Assembly: GCA_963818475.1 (NCBI GenBank)
Contig: CAWFSF010000002.1
Span: forward strand, 416,001 to 480,000
Length of the DNA: 64,000 bases
Direction of reading: 5' to 3'
From: Nitrospirota bacterium
Lineage (GTDB): Bacteria; Nitrospirota; UBA9217
Positions 50,267 through 60,036 of the stretch are shown here, in pieces. How positions within the stretch are numbered: position 1 is the stretch's first letter; every line of letters starts with the position of its first letter. Both the position numbers and the translations under genes were made by a program. The notes beneath the pieces are model-generated. The model made no database searches and was not told where the DNA came from. It was given only the letters and a program-made list of their open reading frames with translations.

Positions 50267-51633
50267 TAGAATTCCTCCAGGATCTTTTCCATCTTCATGC
50301 CGCGCGAGCCCTTGATGAGCACGGCGTCGCCGTTTTTGGATTCTTTCGCCAGCCGCGCCGCAGCCTCAGCATGCGATCCTGCTGCGAAGAGGCGCTTGTT
50401 CGGCATCCCGGCCCCACGGGCGCCTTCGAGCATCAGCTTTGCCAGCGGACCCACGGTGATCAGCACCTCCACGCCCAGGCGCGCGGCAATCCTGCCGATT
50501 GCCCGGTGTTCCTCAACCGAGGAAGGGCCGAGCTCGAGCATGTCTCCCAGGACGGCCACGGACCGCGCTCCCGGTCGCAGGGTGACCAGCGTTTCGAGTG
50601 CGGCCTGGACCGAGCCGGGGTTGGCGTTGTAATAATCAGCAAGCACGGTCCTGCCCTTGATCACTTTGAGCTCGGAGCGCATGGCAACCGGTGAAAAATC
50701 ATCGAGCCCGTGCTGTATCGACTCGAGCGGCATGCCCACGGCTATCGCCGCAGCCGCCGCTGCCAGCGCATTGTAGATATTGTGCCTGCCCACGGCGCGG
50801 AGACGCACCTTCACCTGCCTGCCCTCCGCCTCGAGTGTAAAATCAGTGAGATCCTTCTCCTGCCGGATGGCGGAGGCCTTTACGTCCGCGCGCTGCTCGA
50901 TGCCGAAGGAAAGAACGCGGCCGCTCCACTTCTTTTTGAACGTTTCAAAATACGGATCATCGGCATTCAGCACAGCGGCTCCGCCGTCCCTGATATTTCC
51001 AAGCAGCTCCGCCTTGGCCTCGGCCACCCCGTCCAGGGATCCCAGGAACTCAAGGTGCGCCGGCCCGATGTTCGTGATCACGCCCACGTCCGGGTTCACG
51101 AGCCGGGCAAGCAGGTCGATCTCGCCCCGGGCGCTCATGCCCATCTCGATGACCGCGGCGCGGTGGTCCTTTTGAAGCTTCATCAGCGTCAGCGGCACGC
51201 CGATATGGTTGTTCAGGTTCCCTTCGTTCTTCAACACCGGCCCCTGCTGCTGCAGGATGCCGGCGGTCATTTCCTTGGTCGTGGTCTTGCCGTTCGACCC
51301 GGTGATGCCCACCATGGGAAGAGAGAACTTTTTGCGGTGCAGGAATGATATCTCCTGCAGCGCCCGCAGGGTATCTTCCACCGGAATGATGTTCGAAAGC
51401 CCGCTGAACTTCGCAAACTGTGTTTCCAGCATGGACCGGTCGACGACAGCGCCCCAGGCGCCTTTTTTCATCACCTCGGGCACGAAGTCGTGTCCATCGA
51501 AGCGGTCGCCTTTGATCGCAACAAAGAGCTCGCCTTCCTTGATTCTCCGAGAGTCTATGGATACACCCTTGATCTCCATGGCCTCGATCCTTTCGAGTAC
51601 GCCGGTCACTTTCTTTTTTTCAGCGTCGTTCAT
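50266..51633 (-). CDS. murF: UDP-MurNAc-tripeptide--D-Ala-D-Ala ligase
   Basis: [27 protein letters not shown]. Confidence 0.96.
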   Translation of the reverse strand: MNDAEKKKVTGVLERIEAMEIKGVSIDSRRIKEGELFVAIKGDRFDGHDFVPEVMKKGAWGAVVDRSMLETQFAKFSGLSNIIPVEDTLRALQEISFLHRKKFSLPMVGITGSNGKTTTKEMTAGILQQQGPVLKNEGNLNNHIGVPLTLMKLQKDHRAAVIEMGMSARGEIDLLARLVNPDVGVITNIGPAHLEFLGSLDGVAEAKAELLGNIRDGGAAVLNADDPYFETFKKKWSGRVLSFGIEQRADVKASAIRQEKDLTDFTLEAEGRQVKVRLRAVGRHNIYNALAAAAAAIAVGMPLESIQHGLDDFSPVAMRSELKVIKGRTVLADYYNANPGSVQAALETLVTLRPGARSVAVLGDMLELGPSSVEEHRAIGRIAARLGVEVLITVGPLAKLMLEGARGAGMPNKRLFAAGSHAEAAARLAKESKNGDAVLIKGSRGMKMEKILEEF

Positions 51634-51663
51634 TGCCCGATTTCAAATGCAAGCTGACGGCTT

Positions 51664-53211
51664 TTATCCCGTGCAACCGGTTCCGCATTTTGCATTTTGC
51701 TTCCTCTTCCTGATCGCGTCGCGCGCGGCTTCCCGGTCGTCGAAATGGTGCTTCACATTGCCGATGATCTGGTAGTCCTCATGCCCTTTGCCGGCAAGCA
51801 CGACGACGTCTCCGGGTCCTGCAAGCATGATCGCCGTGCTGATGGCCGCGGCGCGGTCGGGAATGACCAGATAGGGCGTTTTCCCGGGAATAATCTGCAA
51901 TGCTGCCGCAGGCGAATCGACCCTGGTCCCCGAAGCGGCCATGCCGCCTTCTATCTCACCGATGACGGCCCGCGGGTCTTCGGTCCTCGGATTGTCCGTG
52001 GTGACGATCGCAAGGTCGCTTTTATTCACAGCAACAGCGCCCATCAAGGGCCGCTTGGTCCTGTCCCGGTCTCCGCCGCAGCCGAACAGCGTGATCACTT
52101 TTCCCGTTGCTATTTCCCGGACGGCGTCCAGCAGCTTCGCCAGGGAATCTTCCGTGTGTGCGTAATCCACGATAACACCGAAGCACTGCCCCGCCTCCAC
52201 CTTCTCCATCCTGCCCGGCACTGCCTTCATCGCCGCGATGCCCCGGCCGATCGTCTCCGCGCTTATTCCCTGGGACAGGCCTGCGCCGATGGCAGCGAGG
52301 ATATTGTAGACATTATGCATGCCGATGAGCGGCGACTCCACGGAGATCACGCCGATGGGCGTGTGCACGGAAAAGGAGAGCCCCCCGATACCGTGGCCGA
52401 TGGCCTTCGCCGGATGAATGTCGGCCTGTCCGGACATACCATAGGTATACACCTTCGCCTTCGTCCTTGCAATAATGTCCGAAGTGGCCGCATCGTCCTT
52501 ATTGACCACCGCGGTCTTGTCCGCAGCAAGGCCCGTGAACAGCCTGAGCTTTGCCTGAAAATAGGACCCCAGGTCCTTATGGAAGTCCAGGTGGTCCTGC
52601 GCCAGGTTCGTGAAAAGGGCGGCCTCGAACACGCAGCCGTCGGTGCGGCCCAGCGCCAGGGCATGGGAGGAAACCTCCATGACGCAATAATCAGCCTGCG
52701 CTGCCACCATCTCAGCCAGGAGCCTTTGCAGGTCCAGCGACTCGGGGGTCGTGTTCGGCGCGGGATAGACCTTGTCCCCCACGCGATAGTCGATGGTGCC
52801 TATGAGTCCGGTCCGATGACCGGCAGCCTCGATGATGGATTTCACGAGGTAGCTCGTGGTCGTCTTGCCCTTCGTGCCGGTGATGCCGATAAGCTTGAGC
52901 CGCTCTGAAGGATGGCCGTAAAAGACCGTTGCAAGGCGCGCAAGAGCAATGCGGGAGTCGGGCACACCAATGACCAGTGCAGCGTTCGTATCTGCAGTGC
53001 TCCCCTCCTCGGCTATGACCGCGACAGCACCCTGCGCGAGGGCCTGCTGAATAAACTGATGGCCGTCCGAGTGGAATCCTCGCACGGCCACAAAAAGCGA
53101 CCCGGCGGTGATTGACCGGGAGTCGTGGGAAAGGGCGACAATCTCGCTGTCAGGGCAGTGCGGGGGCAGCGCGACCTGCAATGCCGTTGTCAGCAATTCA
53201 CTGAGTTTCAT
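51664..53211 (-). CDS. murE: UDP-MurNAc-dipeptide--DAP ligase
   Basis: GTKGKTTT, EVSSH, DYAHT, DNPR, AGKGHE. Confidence 0.96.
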   Translation of the reverse strand: MKLSELLTTALQVALPPHCPDSEIVALSHDSRSITAGSLFVAVRGFHSDGHQFIQQALAQGAVAVIAEEGSTADTNAALVIGVPDSRIALARLATVFYGHPSERLKLIGITGTKGKTTTSYLVKSIIEAAGHRTGLIGTIDYRVGDKVYPAPNTTPESLDLQRLLAEMVAAQADYCVMEVSSHALALGRTDGCVFEAALFTNLAQDHLDFHKDLGSYFQAKLRLFTGLAADKTAVVNKDDAATSDIIARTKAKVYTYGMSGQADIHPAKAIGHGIGGLSFSVHTPIGVISVESPLIGMHNVYNILAAIGAGLSQGISAETIGRGIAAMKAVPGRMEKVEAGQCFGVIVDYAHTEDSLAKLLDAVREIATGKVITLFGCGGDRDRTKRPLMGAVAVNKSDLAIVTTDNPRTEDPRAVIGEIEGGMAASGTRVDSPAAALQIIPGKTPYLVIPDRAAAISTAIMLAGPGDVVVLAGKGHEDYQIIGNVKHHFDDREAARDAIRKRKQNAKCGTGCTG

Positions 53212-54950
53212 CGGTTCACCAGGAGCATGCTGCCTCCCACATCATCGGGCGCAACCTGCAGATAGGCCAGACTCTGCTCCGCCACTGCCCGGAACACCGG
53301 CGCTGCCACGGTGCCGCCATAGATGTCGCCTTCAGGACTGTCGACCATCACGAGGATCACCAGCTTCGGCGATGCTGCGGGTACGAAGCCGACAAAGGAA
53401 CTGACATATTCTTTTTTTGAATACAGGCCGGTCCGCTCGTCGATCTTCTGGGCCGTACCGGTCTTGCCTGCCGCGCTGTAGCCCGTGGGTTTCGCCTCCT
53501 TGCCCGTACCGGACGCGATGACCCGCTGCAGCATCCGGCTGACCTTGGCGCAGGTTTCTACCGTGATCACCCGGACGACGGGCTGCGGTGGGAATTTCTT
53601 TCCAGCCCCGCCGCCCTGGTCCACGATCTGGGAAACGATATAAGGCTTCATGAGCATACCGCCGTTGGCCAGCACGCCGTAGGCTGCGGCCATCTGGATC
53701 GGCGTTACCCCGATCTCCTGGCCGATGGCGATGGAGCCGATCGAGACGCCGGACCACAGCCTGCGGTCCTTGAGCAGCCCCGGGATCTCGCCCGGAATGT
53801 CCACGCCGGTCTTCCGCCCGAATCCAAAGGCAGAGATGTATCTGGCGAACCGCTCCTTGCCGAGCCGCAGGGCGACCTTGATCGTCCCCACGTTGCTCGA
53901 ATCGGCGATCACGTCCGTGAACGTCAGTACGCCGTTCCGGTGGGCATCACTGATCACCCGGTCAGCGACCTTGATGCTCCCGGCGCTGCAGTCGAATTTC
54001 TCAAAAGGGTGCACGACCTTTTCTTCCAGCGCTGCCGCTGCAAGCACCGGTTTGAAAATCGAGCCGGGCTCGAACATGTCGGTCACGCCGCGGTTCCGCC
54101 ACTCGCCCGATTGGTACCGCCGCGGCTCGTTCGGATTGAAGGACGGACGGCCATGGGCCGTGGCCACCGACAAAGCCAGCAGTTCGCCGGTTGCGGGGTC
54201 CATGACGATACAGACTCCGCCCTTCGCCCGGGCCGCCGCGACAGCGCGTTCGAGTTCCCGGTCGGCAATATGCTGGATCACCTCATCGAGGGTGAGGATG
54301 ACGTCGTTTCCCGCCTTCGGCAGCCGGTACTGGAAGCCGGGGCCGCCGGGAAAGACCGTCCTGCCCACCGCGTCCTTTTCCGCCAGCACCCAGCCGTTCA
54401 CGCCGCGGAGCTCCTTGTCGTAGGAGCGCTCCAGGCCTTCAAGCCCTTCGTTGTCCACGCCCGTAAAACCGAGCACCGGACCGGCAAGCGTCTTCTTGGG
54501 ATAGAACCGGCGGCTTTCGAATTTGAACCCGACGTCCCGGGACCCCAGGTCCTTCACTTTCGCGGCGCGGCCCGGCTCCACCTTGCGGCTGATCCAGACG
54601 AAATGCTTATCGCTCATGAGCCGGCGCTCCAGCGTTTTCCGATCTTCACGCAGGATCCGGGAGAGCTGTTGCGCCATCTGCCGGGGGTTCTCGATATCGG
54701 ACGGTACCCCGTAGACGGACTCCACATCGAGGCTCACGGCAAGTTCGCGCTTCTGTCGGTCGAAGATCGTGCCGCGTTTTGGTTCCAGCATGACCACGCG
54801 CTGCTGCTGCCGCTCGGCGCGGGCAGCCAGGTCCGCCCGGGCAATGACCTGCAAATACACGAGCCGCCCCGCGACCAGCGCGAAGCCCAGCCCCATCAAT
54901 GCAACTATGAGGAGTATCCTCCCCCGCCTGTCCATCCGCACCTGCTCCAT
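53208..54950 (-). CDS. ftsI: Penicillin-binding protein 3
   Basis: EPGSIFK, SSNVG, KTGTA; dcw position. Confidence 0.93.
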   Translation of the reverse strand: MEQVRMDRRGRILLIVALMGLGFALVAGRLVYLQVIARADLAARAERQQQRVVMLEPKRGTIFDRQKRELAVSLDVESVYGVPSDIENPRQMAQQLSRILREDRKTLERRLMSDKHFVWISRKVEPGRAAKVKDLGSRDVGFKFESRRFYPKKTLAGPVLGFTGVDNEGLEGLERSYDKELRGVNGWVLAEKDAVGRTVFPGGPGFQYRLPKAGNDVILTLDEVIQHIADRELERAVAAARAKGGVCIVMDPATGELLALSVATAHGRPSFNPNEPRRYQSGEWRNRGVTDMFEPGSIFKPVLAAAALEEKVVHPFEKFDCSAGSIKVADRVISDAHRNGVLTFTDVIADSSNVGTIKVALRLGKERFARYISAFGFGRKTGVDIPGEIPGLLKDRRLWSGVSIGSIAIGQEIGVTPIQMAAAYGVLANGGMLMKPYIVSQIVDQGGGAGKKFPPQPVVRVITVETCAKVSRMLQRVIASGTGKEAKPTGYSAAGKTGTAQKIDERTGLYSKKEYVSSFVGFVPAASPKLVILVMVDSPEGDIYGGTVAAPVFRAVAEQSLAYLQVAPDDVGGSMLLVNR

Positions 54951-54989
54951 GACGCACCCTGCCTGGTCTCGGCCGCGGGCCCGAACCGG

Positions 54990-55349
54990 TTATTCCGCGC
55001 GCTGCGCCTTCGACCGGGGCTTCGCAGCCTGCGGCTGACGCTTCGCGACGATCAGATTTTCCTTGGCGATCCGCACCATACCGAGACGCTTGAGCGCGAT
55101 CTCTTCGATCCGTGCCGGCGACGACAGGCTGGCGGCCTCGATGCGGAGGGCACGGTTCTCCCGTTCGAGGTCGCGCTTCTCCTGCTCAAGCGCCTCGATC
55201 TGATATCCCAGCTGGACGATCTTGACCTTGCCGCCCACATAGAGCAGCAGGGCCGCGACGATCATGAGGACAACCATGGCCCGGCGCAGACTACCCCGCC
55301 TGCCCCGTTCGAATACAAAAGACCCTATGTCACCTGCACGTGTCTGCAT
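54990..55349 (-). CDS. ftsL: Cell division protein FtsL
   Basis: TM plus coiled coil, SSPARIEEIA..LGM. Confidence 0.85.
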   Translation of the reverse strand: MQTRAGDIGSFVFERGRRGSLRRAMVVLMIVAALLLYVGGKVKIVQLGYQIEALEQEKRDLERENRALRIEAASLSSPARIEEIALKRLGMVRIAKENLIVAKRQPQAAKPRSKAQRAE

Positions 55350-55440
55350 TTTTTCACCGCACCGGCCTTTTCCGTGCCGGACTGCCGAGAAGTCAGTTAC
55401 GATTCAAACCTTCTCAAACTGGCAGGATAAATCTTGAAAA

Positions 55441-55537
55441 CTTTGACACTGATCAAAGCTGAGAACGGCTATGAAGGAGAATTGTTCTTATCTTTGTTTT
55501 ATCATAGTCGTCATCATGTCTTTTATCTGTGTCAAAG
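55441..55537. repeat. TTTGACACTGAT-family inverted-repeat element
   Basis: ctttgacactgat ... atctgtgtcaaag. Confidence 0.65.
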
Positions 55538-55612
55538 AAGTTGCTTCCTGCTTGTCCGGGTCAGGTTCTCTAAGACATGCTACTTATCCGTCCGCAGCCG
55601 GACTCACTGCTC

Positions 55613-56578
55613 TTACAGCTTCTCCGCACCCCTGAGCTTTGCGCTCCGCGAAGCCGGGTTGCGATCGATCTCCTCAGGTCCAGCGATGACCGGCCTTTTG
55701 GTCAACACCTTGAGCTCCGGAATTTTTCCGCAGGCGCATCGCGGCAGTTTCGGCGGACAGACACAGGCAGTAGCGGCCGCCACAAAGGCCTGTTTGATGA
55801 TCCGGTCCTCAAGAGAATGAAAGGAGATGACGGCGATCCTGCCGCCGGGCCTGAGAGCGCGGATCATGTGCTGCAACCCCTCGCGGAGCGCGCCGATCTC
55901 GTCGTTCACCGCGATCCGGAGGGCCTGGAACGTCTTGGTGGCAGGGTGAATGCGCCGCGGGGGGTAGGTCGGGAACACACTCGCGACGATGCCGGCGAAC
56001 TGGACCGTGCCCGTGATCGGCCCCCGGGTCCGCGCCCGCTCGATGGCCCTGGCGACGGCGCCCGCCCTGTCTTCTTCCCCGTATTCGCGGAAGATCCGGA
56101 CGAGCTCCGCAACGGGAAGCGTATTCACGAGGTCCGCTGCGGTCTGCGGCATTGATTGGTCCATCCGCATATCGAGCGGTCCGTCGAGCATGAAACTGAA
56201 ACCCCGCTCCGGGGTGCGCAGATGGAACCACGATACCCCCAGATCGAGCATGATACCGTCGACAGCGTCGTAGCCGAGCTCGGCCAGCACCGCAGGCAGG
56301 TCCCGGAAGTTCCTCTGGCGCAGCACCGCGCGGCTGCCGTACGGTGCAAGGATCTCGCGGGCCCGCGTCAGCGCCTGAACGTCCTGGTCCAGCCCGATAA
56401 CTACGCCGTCGGGCGCCGATCGCTTCAGGATCTCCGCTGCATGTCCGCCGCCGCCGAGCGTCCCGTCCACATAGATGCCGCCCGAACGGGGCGCAAGCAG
56501 GTCAACCGCTTCGTGGAGCAGAACGGTAATGTGTTCCGATTGCGGATTTCGGATTTCGGATTTCGGATTGGACTTCAT
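55613..56578 (-). CDS. rsmH: 16S rRNA m4C1402 methyltransferase
   Basis: DGTLGGGGH, DLGVS, FQALRIAVN, FHSLEDR. Confidence 0.96.
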   Translation of the reverse strand: MKSNPKSEIRNPQSEHITVLLHEAVDLLAPRSGGIYVDGTLGGGGHAAEILKRSAPDGVVIGLDQDVQALTRAREILAPYGSRAVLRQRNFRDLPAVLAELGYDAVDGIMLDLGVSWFHLRTPERGFSFMLDGPLDMRMDQSMPQTAADLVNTLPVAELVRIFREYGEEDRAGAVARAIERARTRGPITGTVQFAGIVASVFPTYPPRRIHPATKTFQALRIAVNDEIGALREGLQHMIRALRPGGRIAVISFHSLEDRIIKQAFVAAATACVCPPKLPRCACGKIPELKVLTKRPVIAGPEEIDRNPASRSAKLRGAEKL

Positions 56579-56648
56579 TCTTCAATCCTCCACCGGCGAA
56601 CTCGCGCCTCACATTCCGCAATCCGCATTCCGCAATCCGCAATGCCAT

Positions 56649-57008
56649 TCACAGTCCCAGCGGAAGGTTCGTTGCCGGCTTGGTCACCCCGAAGCTCCTG
56701 GCGGCCTGGAGCGGTGTATCGAACACCTGGAACTCCTCGAGCATGCCGGTGGTGCGGAATATGTTCTTGATATAATCCGACAACCCGGCGAGCCTGAGAT
56801 CCCCGCCAAAGGACTGGAGCCGTTTTTTTTCATCCACCAGCACTGAAAGGATCGTAAAGTGCACGTGCTCGACAGACTCGAAGTTCAGGATAAGGCCGTA
56901 CATTTCGCCCTTGACGAGCTGGCCGATGACGCGGTCGACCTCTGCCATCTTTGCAGCGTCGATCTCGCCGTCGAGATTCATCTGATATACTTTGAGTTTG
57001 GTCTCCAT
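56649..57008 (-). CDS. STAS-domain (anti-sigma antagonist-like) protein
   Basis: LDGEIDA..LILNFESVEHVH..GGDLRLAGLS..IF; starts immediately after the mraZ stop. Confidence 0.8.
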   Translation of the reverse strand: METKLKVYQMNLDGEIDAAKMAEVDRVIGQLVKGEMYGLILNFESVEHVHFTILSVLVDEKKRLQSFGGDLRLAGLSDYIKNIFRTTGMLEEFQVFDTPLQAARSFGVTKPATNLPLGL

Positions 57009-57009
57009 G

Positions 57010-57444
57010 CTATAGGCCCAGTGCTGCAAGCGTCTCGTTGATCTTGTCGCCGTTTTGAGAATGTCTCGCCTCCCACGCCCCGCTGTCCCAAATCTCTATT
57101 TTGTCGATGATGCCGATAAGCACCACATTCTTTGCGATCGTCGCATGTTCGCGGTGGGACGGCGGAATGAGAATGCGGCCTTGCTTGTCCAATTCGCACT
57201 CCGTTGCGGACGAGAAGAAGAAGCGCATGAAGTCCTTCACTTCCTGCTTCATCATCGGCAGCGCCTTGATCTTTCCCTCAAGTTTCTCCCACTCCTCGAG
57301 CGGATAGACCGTCAGACACTTGTCGTAGTCCATGGCCAGCACGAGCCTGCCGTCATAGCGGTCGGAAATGATGTCCCGGAACTTCGAAGGAACACTCACC
57401 CTGCCCTTGGTGTCAACAGTATGTTCAAAACTGCCTCTGAACAC
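57010..57444 (-). CDS. mraZ: Transcriptional regulator MraZ
   Basis: DTKGRV and DKQGRI motifs. Confidence 0.96.
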   Translation of the reverse strand: MFRGSFEHTVDTKGRVSVPSKFRDIISDRYDGRLVLAMDYDKCLTVYPLEEWEKLEGKIKALPMMKQEVKDFMRFFFSSATECELDKQGRILIPPSHREHATIAKNVVLIGIIDKIEIWDSGAWEARHSQNGDKINETLAALGL

Positions 57445-57460
57445 CGACCCCTCCAGCGCT

Positions 57461-57487
57461 GCCCACTTTTCCCCACCTTATACCACT
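57461..57487 (-). promoter_or_regulatory. MraZ operator repeats
   Basis: GTGGTATAAG GTGGGGAAAA GTGGG, three GTGG boxes at 10-nt period. Confidence 0.8.
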
Positions 57488-57497
57488 TGCCAGGCAA

Positions 57498-57526
57498 AGT
57501 ATATCTTTCACGCATGGCGATGTCAA
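57498..57526 (-). promoter_or_regulatory. dcw operon sigma70 promoter
   Basis: TTGACA-17bp-TATACT. Confidence 0.8.
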
Positions 57527-57708
57527 GAAAATTATTAATTTTATAGCAGGTTACAGGGTGGGTAGCCGATTGCTAAAAAAACTGTTTTTGGACGTGACAA
57601 GGGCTGGTGAAAAAGGTAGTATGGTTTGCTGGAAAGTGGACAATAGAAGTCAGATCCCGGAAGCCGGGCTCAAATAAGGGCCTGCACCCAGCTGTTTTTT
57701 ATTTTACT

Positions 57709-58020
57709 ATGACCGACTCTTTTTTCTTTACAGCCGACGAACAGCATATCAAGCGCGAGAAAGGCAAGGCGCGCGAGCTCCGGGCCTCGCAATGGTGGAA
57801 ACGGAAACGGTCGAGCGGGGTATGCTACTACTGCGGCAAGACGTTCAAGCCTGCAGACCTGACCATGGACCATCTCGTGCCGGTCGTGCGCGGCGGCAAG
57901 TCCGTACAGGGAAACCTTGTCCCGGCATGCAAAGACTGCAACAGCAAAAAAAAATATCTTCTCCCGGCGGAGTGGGAGGAGTATATAGCGTCGCTCAAAA
58001 AAGAACCTGCGCGCGGATAG
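57709..58020 (+). CDS. Small HNH endonuclease-domain protein
   Basis: CYYC..TMDHLVP..GG..NLV.ACKDCN. Confidence 0.88.
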   Translation: MTDSFFFTADEQHIKREKGKARELRASQWWKRKRSSGVCYYCGKTFKPADLTMDHLVPVVRGGKSVQGNLVPACKDCNSKKKYLLPAEWEEYIASLKKEPARG

Positions 58021-58104
58021 GCAGGACGAGGCAAGATCAGTGAGCTCTGCGACATTCTCTATGAAAACATTCACGCTGCAGCTATTCCTCTCCCTCTTTT
58101 TTTC

Positions 58105-58839
58105 ATGGCCGCAGTTCCGTCTTTCGCAGCGGCAAAGCTGGTGCAGATCGAGACGCGGCCCGGCGTTTCTGTTTCGATCTATTATATAAAACGCGCCGAT
58201 GCCAGGGCGACGGTGGTCCTGCTGCCGGGCGGGAACGGGAGCATCCAGCTCACCCATGGCTACCCTGCCTCCAACGGCTTTCTCGTCAGCAACCACTACT
58301 ATTTTGTCGACAGCGGCTTCAATGTCGCCATCGTCGACAAACCGAGCGATACCGAAGATCTCGACTTCTATGTCCGTTCGCGTCCCGAGCATGTGAAGGA
58401 CCTTCGCCAGGTTGTGGCATATCTGAAAGCTGACGAAAACCTTCCGATCTGGCTCGTCGGAAACAGCAGAGGGACCATCTCCGCAACTGCCGCGGCAATT
58501 GCCTTTGGGAATGACGAATTGGCGGGTATCGTGCTCACCTCGAGCATAACGTCCTGGTGGAAGAAAGGTGCGGTCCCGTCACAGAACCTGGAGGCCATTC
58601 GCATCCCGGTGCTGGTCGTGCATAACGAACTGGATGCATGCCGGCTCTGCAAACCCAGCAACGCTTCCCGGATTTTGGAAGGCCTGACGAATGCGCCGAT
58701 CAAAAAACTGGTCCTGGTAAAAGGCGGGGGCCCGCCCTCAGGAAAAGAATGCACATCGACGCATTGGCATGGGTTCGTGGGGATGCAAAAAGAGGTCGTG
58801 AGCCTCATTACGGACTGGATCAAGAAGCCGGTGAACTGA
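58105..58839 (+). CDS. Secreted alpha/beta hydrolase (true start probably ~58061, indel in a T run)
   Basis: LLPGG, nucleophile elbow GNSRG, H..D, HGF. Confidence 0.8.
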   Translation: MAAVPSFAAAKLVQIETRPGVSVSIYYIKRADARATVVLLPGGNGSIQLTHGYPASNGFLVSNHYYFVDSGFNVAIVDKPSDTEDLDFYVRSRPEHVKDLRQVVAYLKADENLPIWLVGNSRGTISATAAAIAFGNDELAGIVLTSSITSWWKKGAVPSQNLEAIRIPVLVVHNELDACRLCKPSNASRILEGLTNAPIKKLVLVKGGGPPSGKECTSTHWHGFVGMQKEVVSLITDWIKKPVN

Positions 58840-58962
58840 GGGGAGGCGGGAATTTTTTGCTAAGTAGTTTCGCCCAATAAGTAAAGGTCGTTGGCTGCAT
58901 TTAATCTGCTTTTATCCGTTGTTAATCCGCTCCTTCCGTGTCCAAATGCTTTTGGCCCTGCG

Positions 58963-59790
58963 TCATTTCTCAGGACCCGGCTTCATGTCCGTAAGGCTGA
59001 ACACGAAGGAACCGATCGTGATCGTGCTCTTCATAAGAACCGGGACCTTCCGACCGTCATCCGTAAGCCAGATAAAAACCTCCCCCTTGTTCAGGAAGAC
59101 CCCTTCGTATAACGGATGGGTCTTGACCTTGATCGTGGCAAACTCACCGGCAGGCGTCTTCACCTTCTCCCTGCCCAGCGTGAGGACCTCGATAGACCAG
59201 TTCTTGTCGCTGTCAAAAACGTTTACCGTGATCACCTTGCCGATGGTGAATTCATTGATCGTCCGGAGATAGTAGAGCGACGACAGTGCATCCTGCACCT
59301 GCTCCGGGATGTCCATGGTCTTCGGGACATCGTCGTTTTTCGTGCTGATGACTTTCTTCCGCTGATGGTCGAAGACCACATCGCGGCGCATCTTTTTCTT
59401 TCCGTGGCTCAGCCTGAGGCGGTAGGAGAGGCTTTCCATGATCTGCGGGTCAAAGGTGCTCTGGACAGTGTCACTCACCGGGAAGAACCTGTCCACGGCT
59501 CTTAGGGAGCGTCCCGTGATGACGAACAAGAGAACAGGCCTTCCGTCCCGCAGCGTTTCACTTTTGATCTCCATGACCGCGGTCCCTGCGGAGAGAAGCC
59601 TCGACCAGCTGATATCGTAGGTCAGTGTTTCGCCGGGCTGCAGCGCCCGAATGCCCGGTAGGGCAGAAACGAGCTGCCGCTCCTCCGCGACAACAACGCC
59701 GGGAACAAATAACCGTCCGAGAACGAGAAAATACAGGACAACCATTTTCAACAATATATGACGGGATTCGCCGCGTGAGAAGATTTCCAT
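58963..59790 (-). CDS. DUF3108-family exported protein
   Basis: PGETLTY, QDALSSLYYLR, TPAGEF, WLTDD..VPV. Confidence 0.8.
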   Translation of the reverse strand: MEIFSRGESRHILLKMVVLYFLVLGRLFVPGVVVAEERQLVSALPGIRALQPGETLTYDISWSRLLSAGTAVMEIKSETLRDGRPVLLFVITGRSLRAVDRFFPVSDTVQSTFDPQIMESLSYRLRLSHGKKKMRRDVVFDHQRKKVISTKNDDVPKTMDIPEQVQDALSSLYYLRTINEFTIGKVITVNVFDSDKNWSIEVLTLGREKVKTPAGEFATIKVKTHPLYEGVFLNKGEVFIWLTDDGRKVPVLMKSTITIGSFVFSLTDMKPGPEK

Positions 59791-60036
59791 GCGCTGAATG
59801 TAGCAAAACATCGGGCGATAGTCAAACAGGGGGACGTGAACCTAAACCCGACAGGTGACACGGATCAGATCGGACAAGAGCTATGCAGCGGTTTTAACTG
59901 TTGATGGTCGAGGAAGGTGAATGCGGTGATCGTACAATGGCAGGCGAATTATGCGTGCCGGGGAAAGGAGCCTGACCGTGAACGGGTTCGAAGGTCCGTC
60001 CGGCGATCCTGCTCGCCATGCCGGGACAGTGGCAGC

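Noticed and set aside
38257-55430. Long plus-strand ORFs (e.g. 43939..45930, 39515..40912, 53940..55430)
   Set aside because: They are antisense shadows of GC-rich dcw genes with no recognisable motifs.
57709-58020. HNH protein as a defence system or homing endonuclease
   Set aside because: It is a small stand-alone HNH with host-like composition and no partner genes or intron context.
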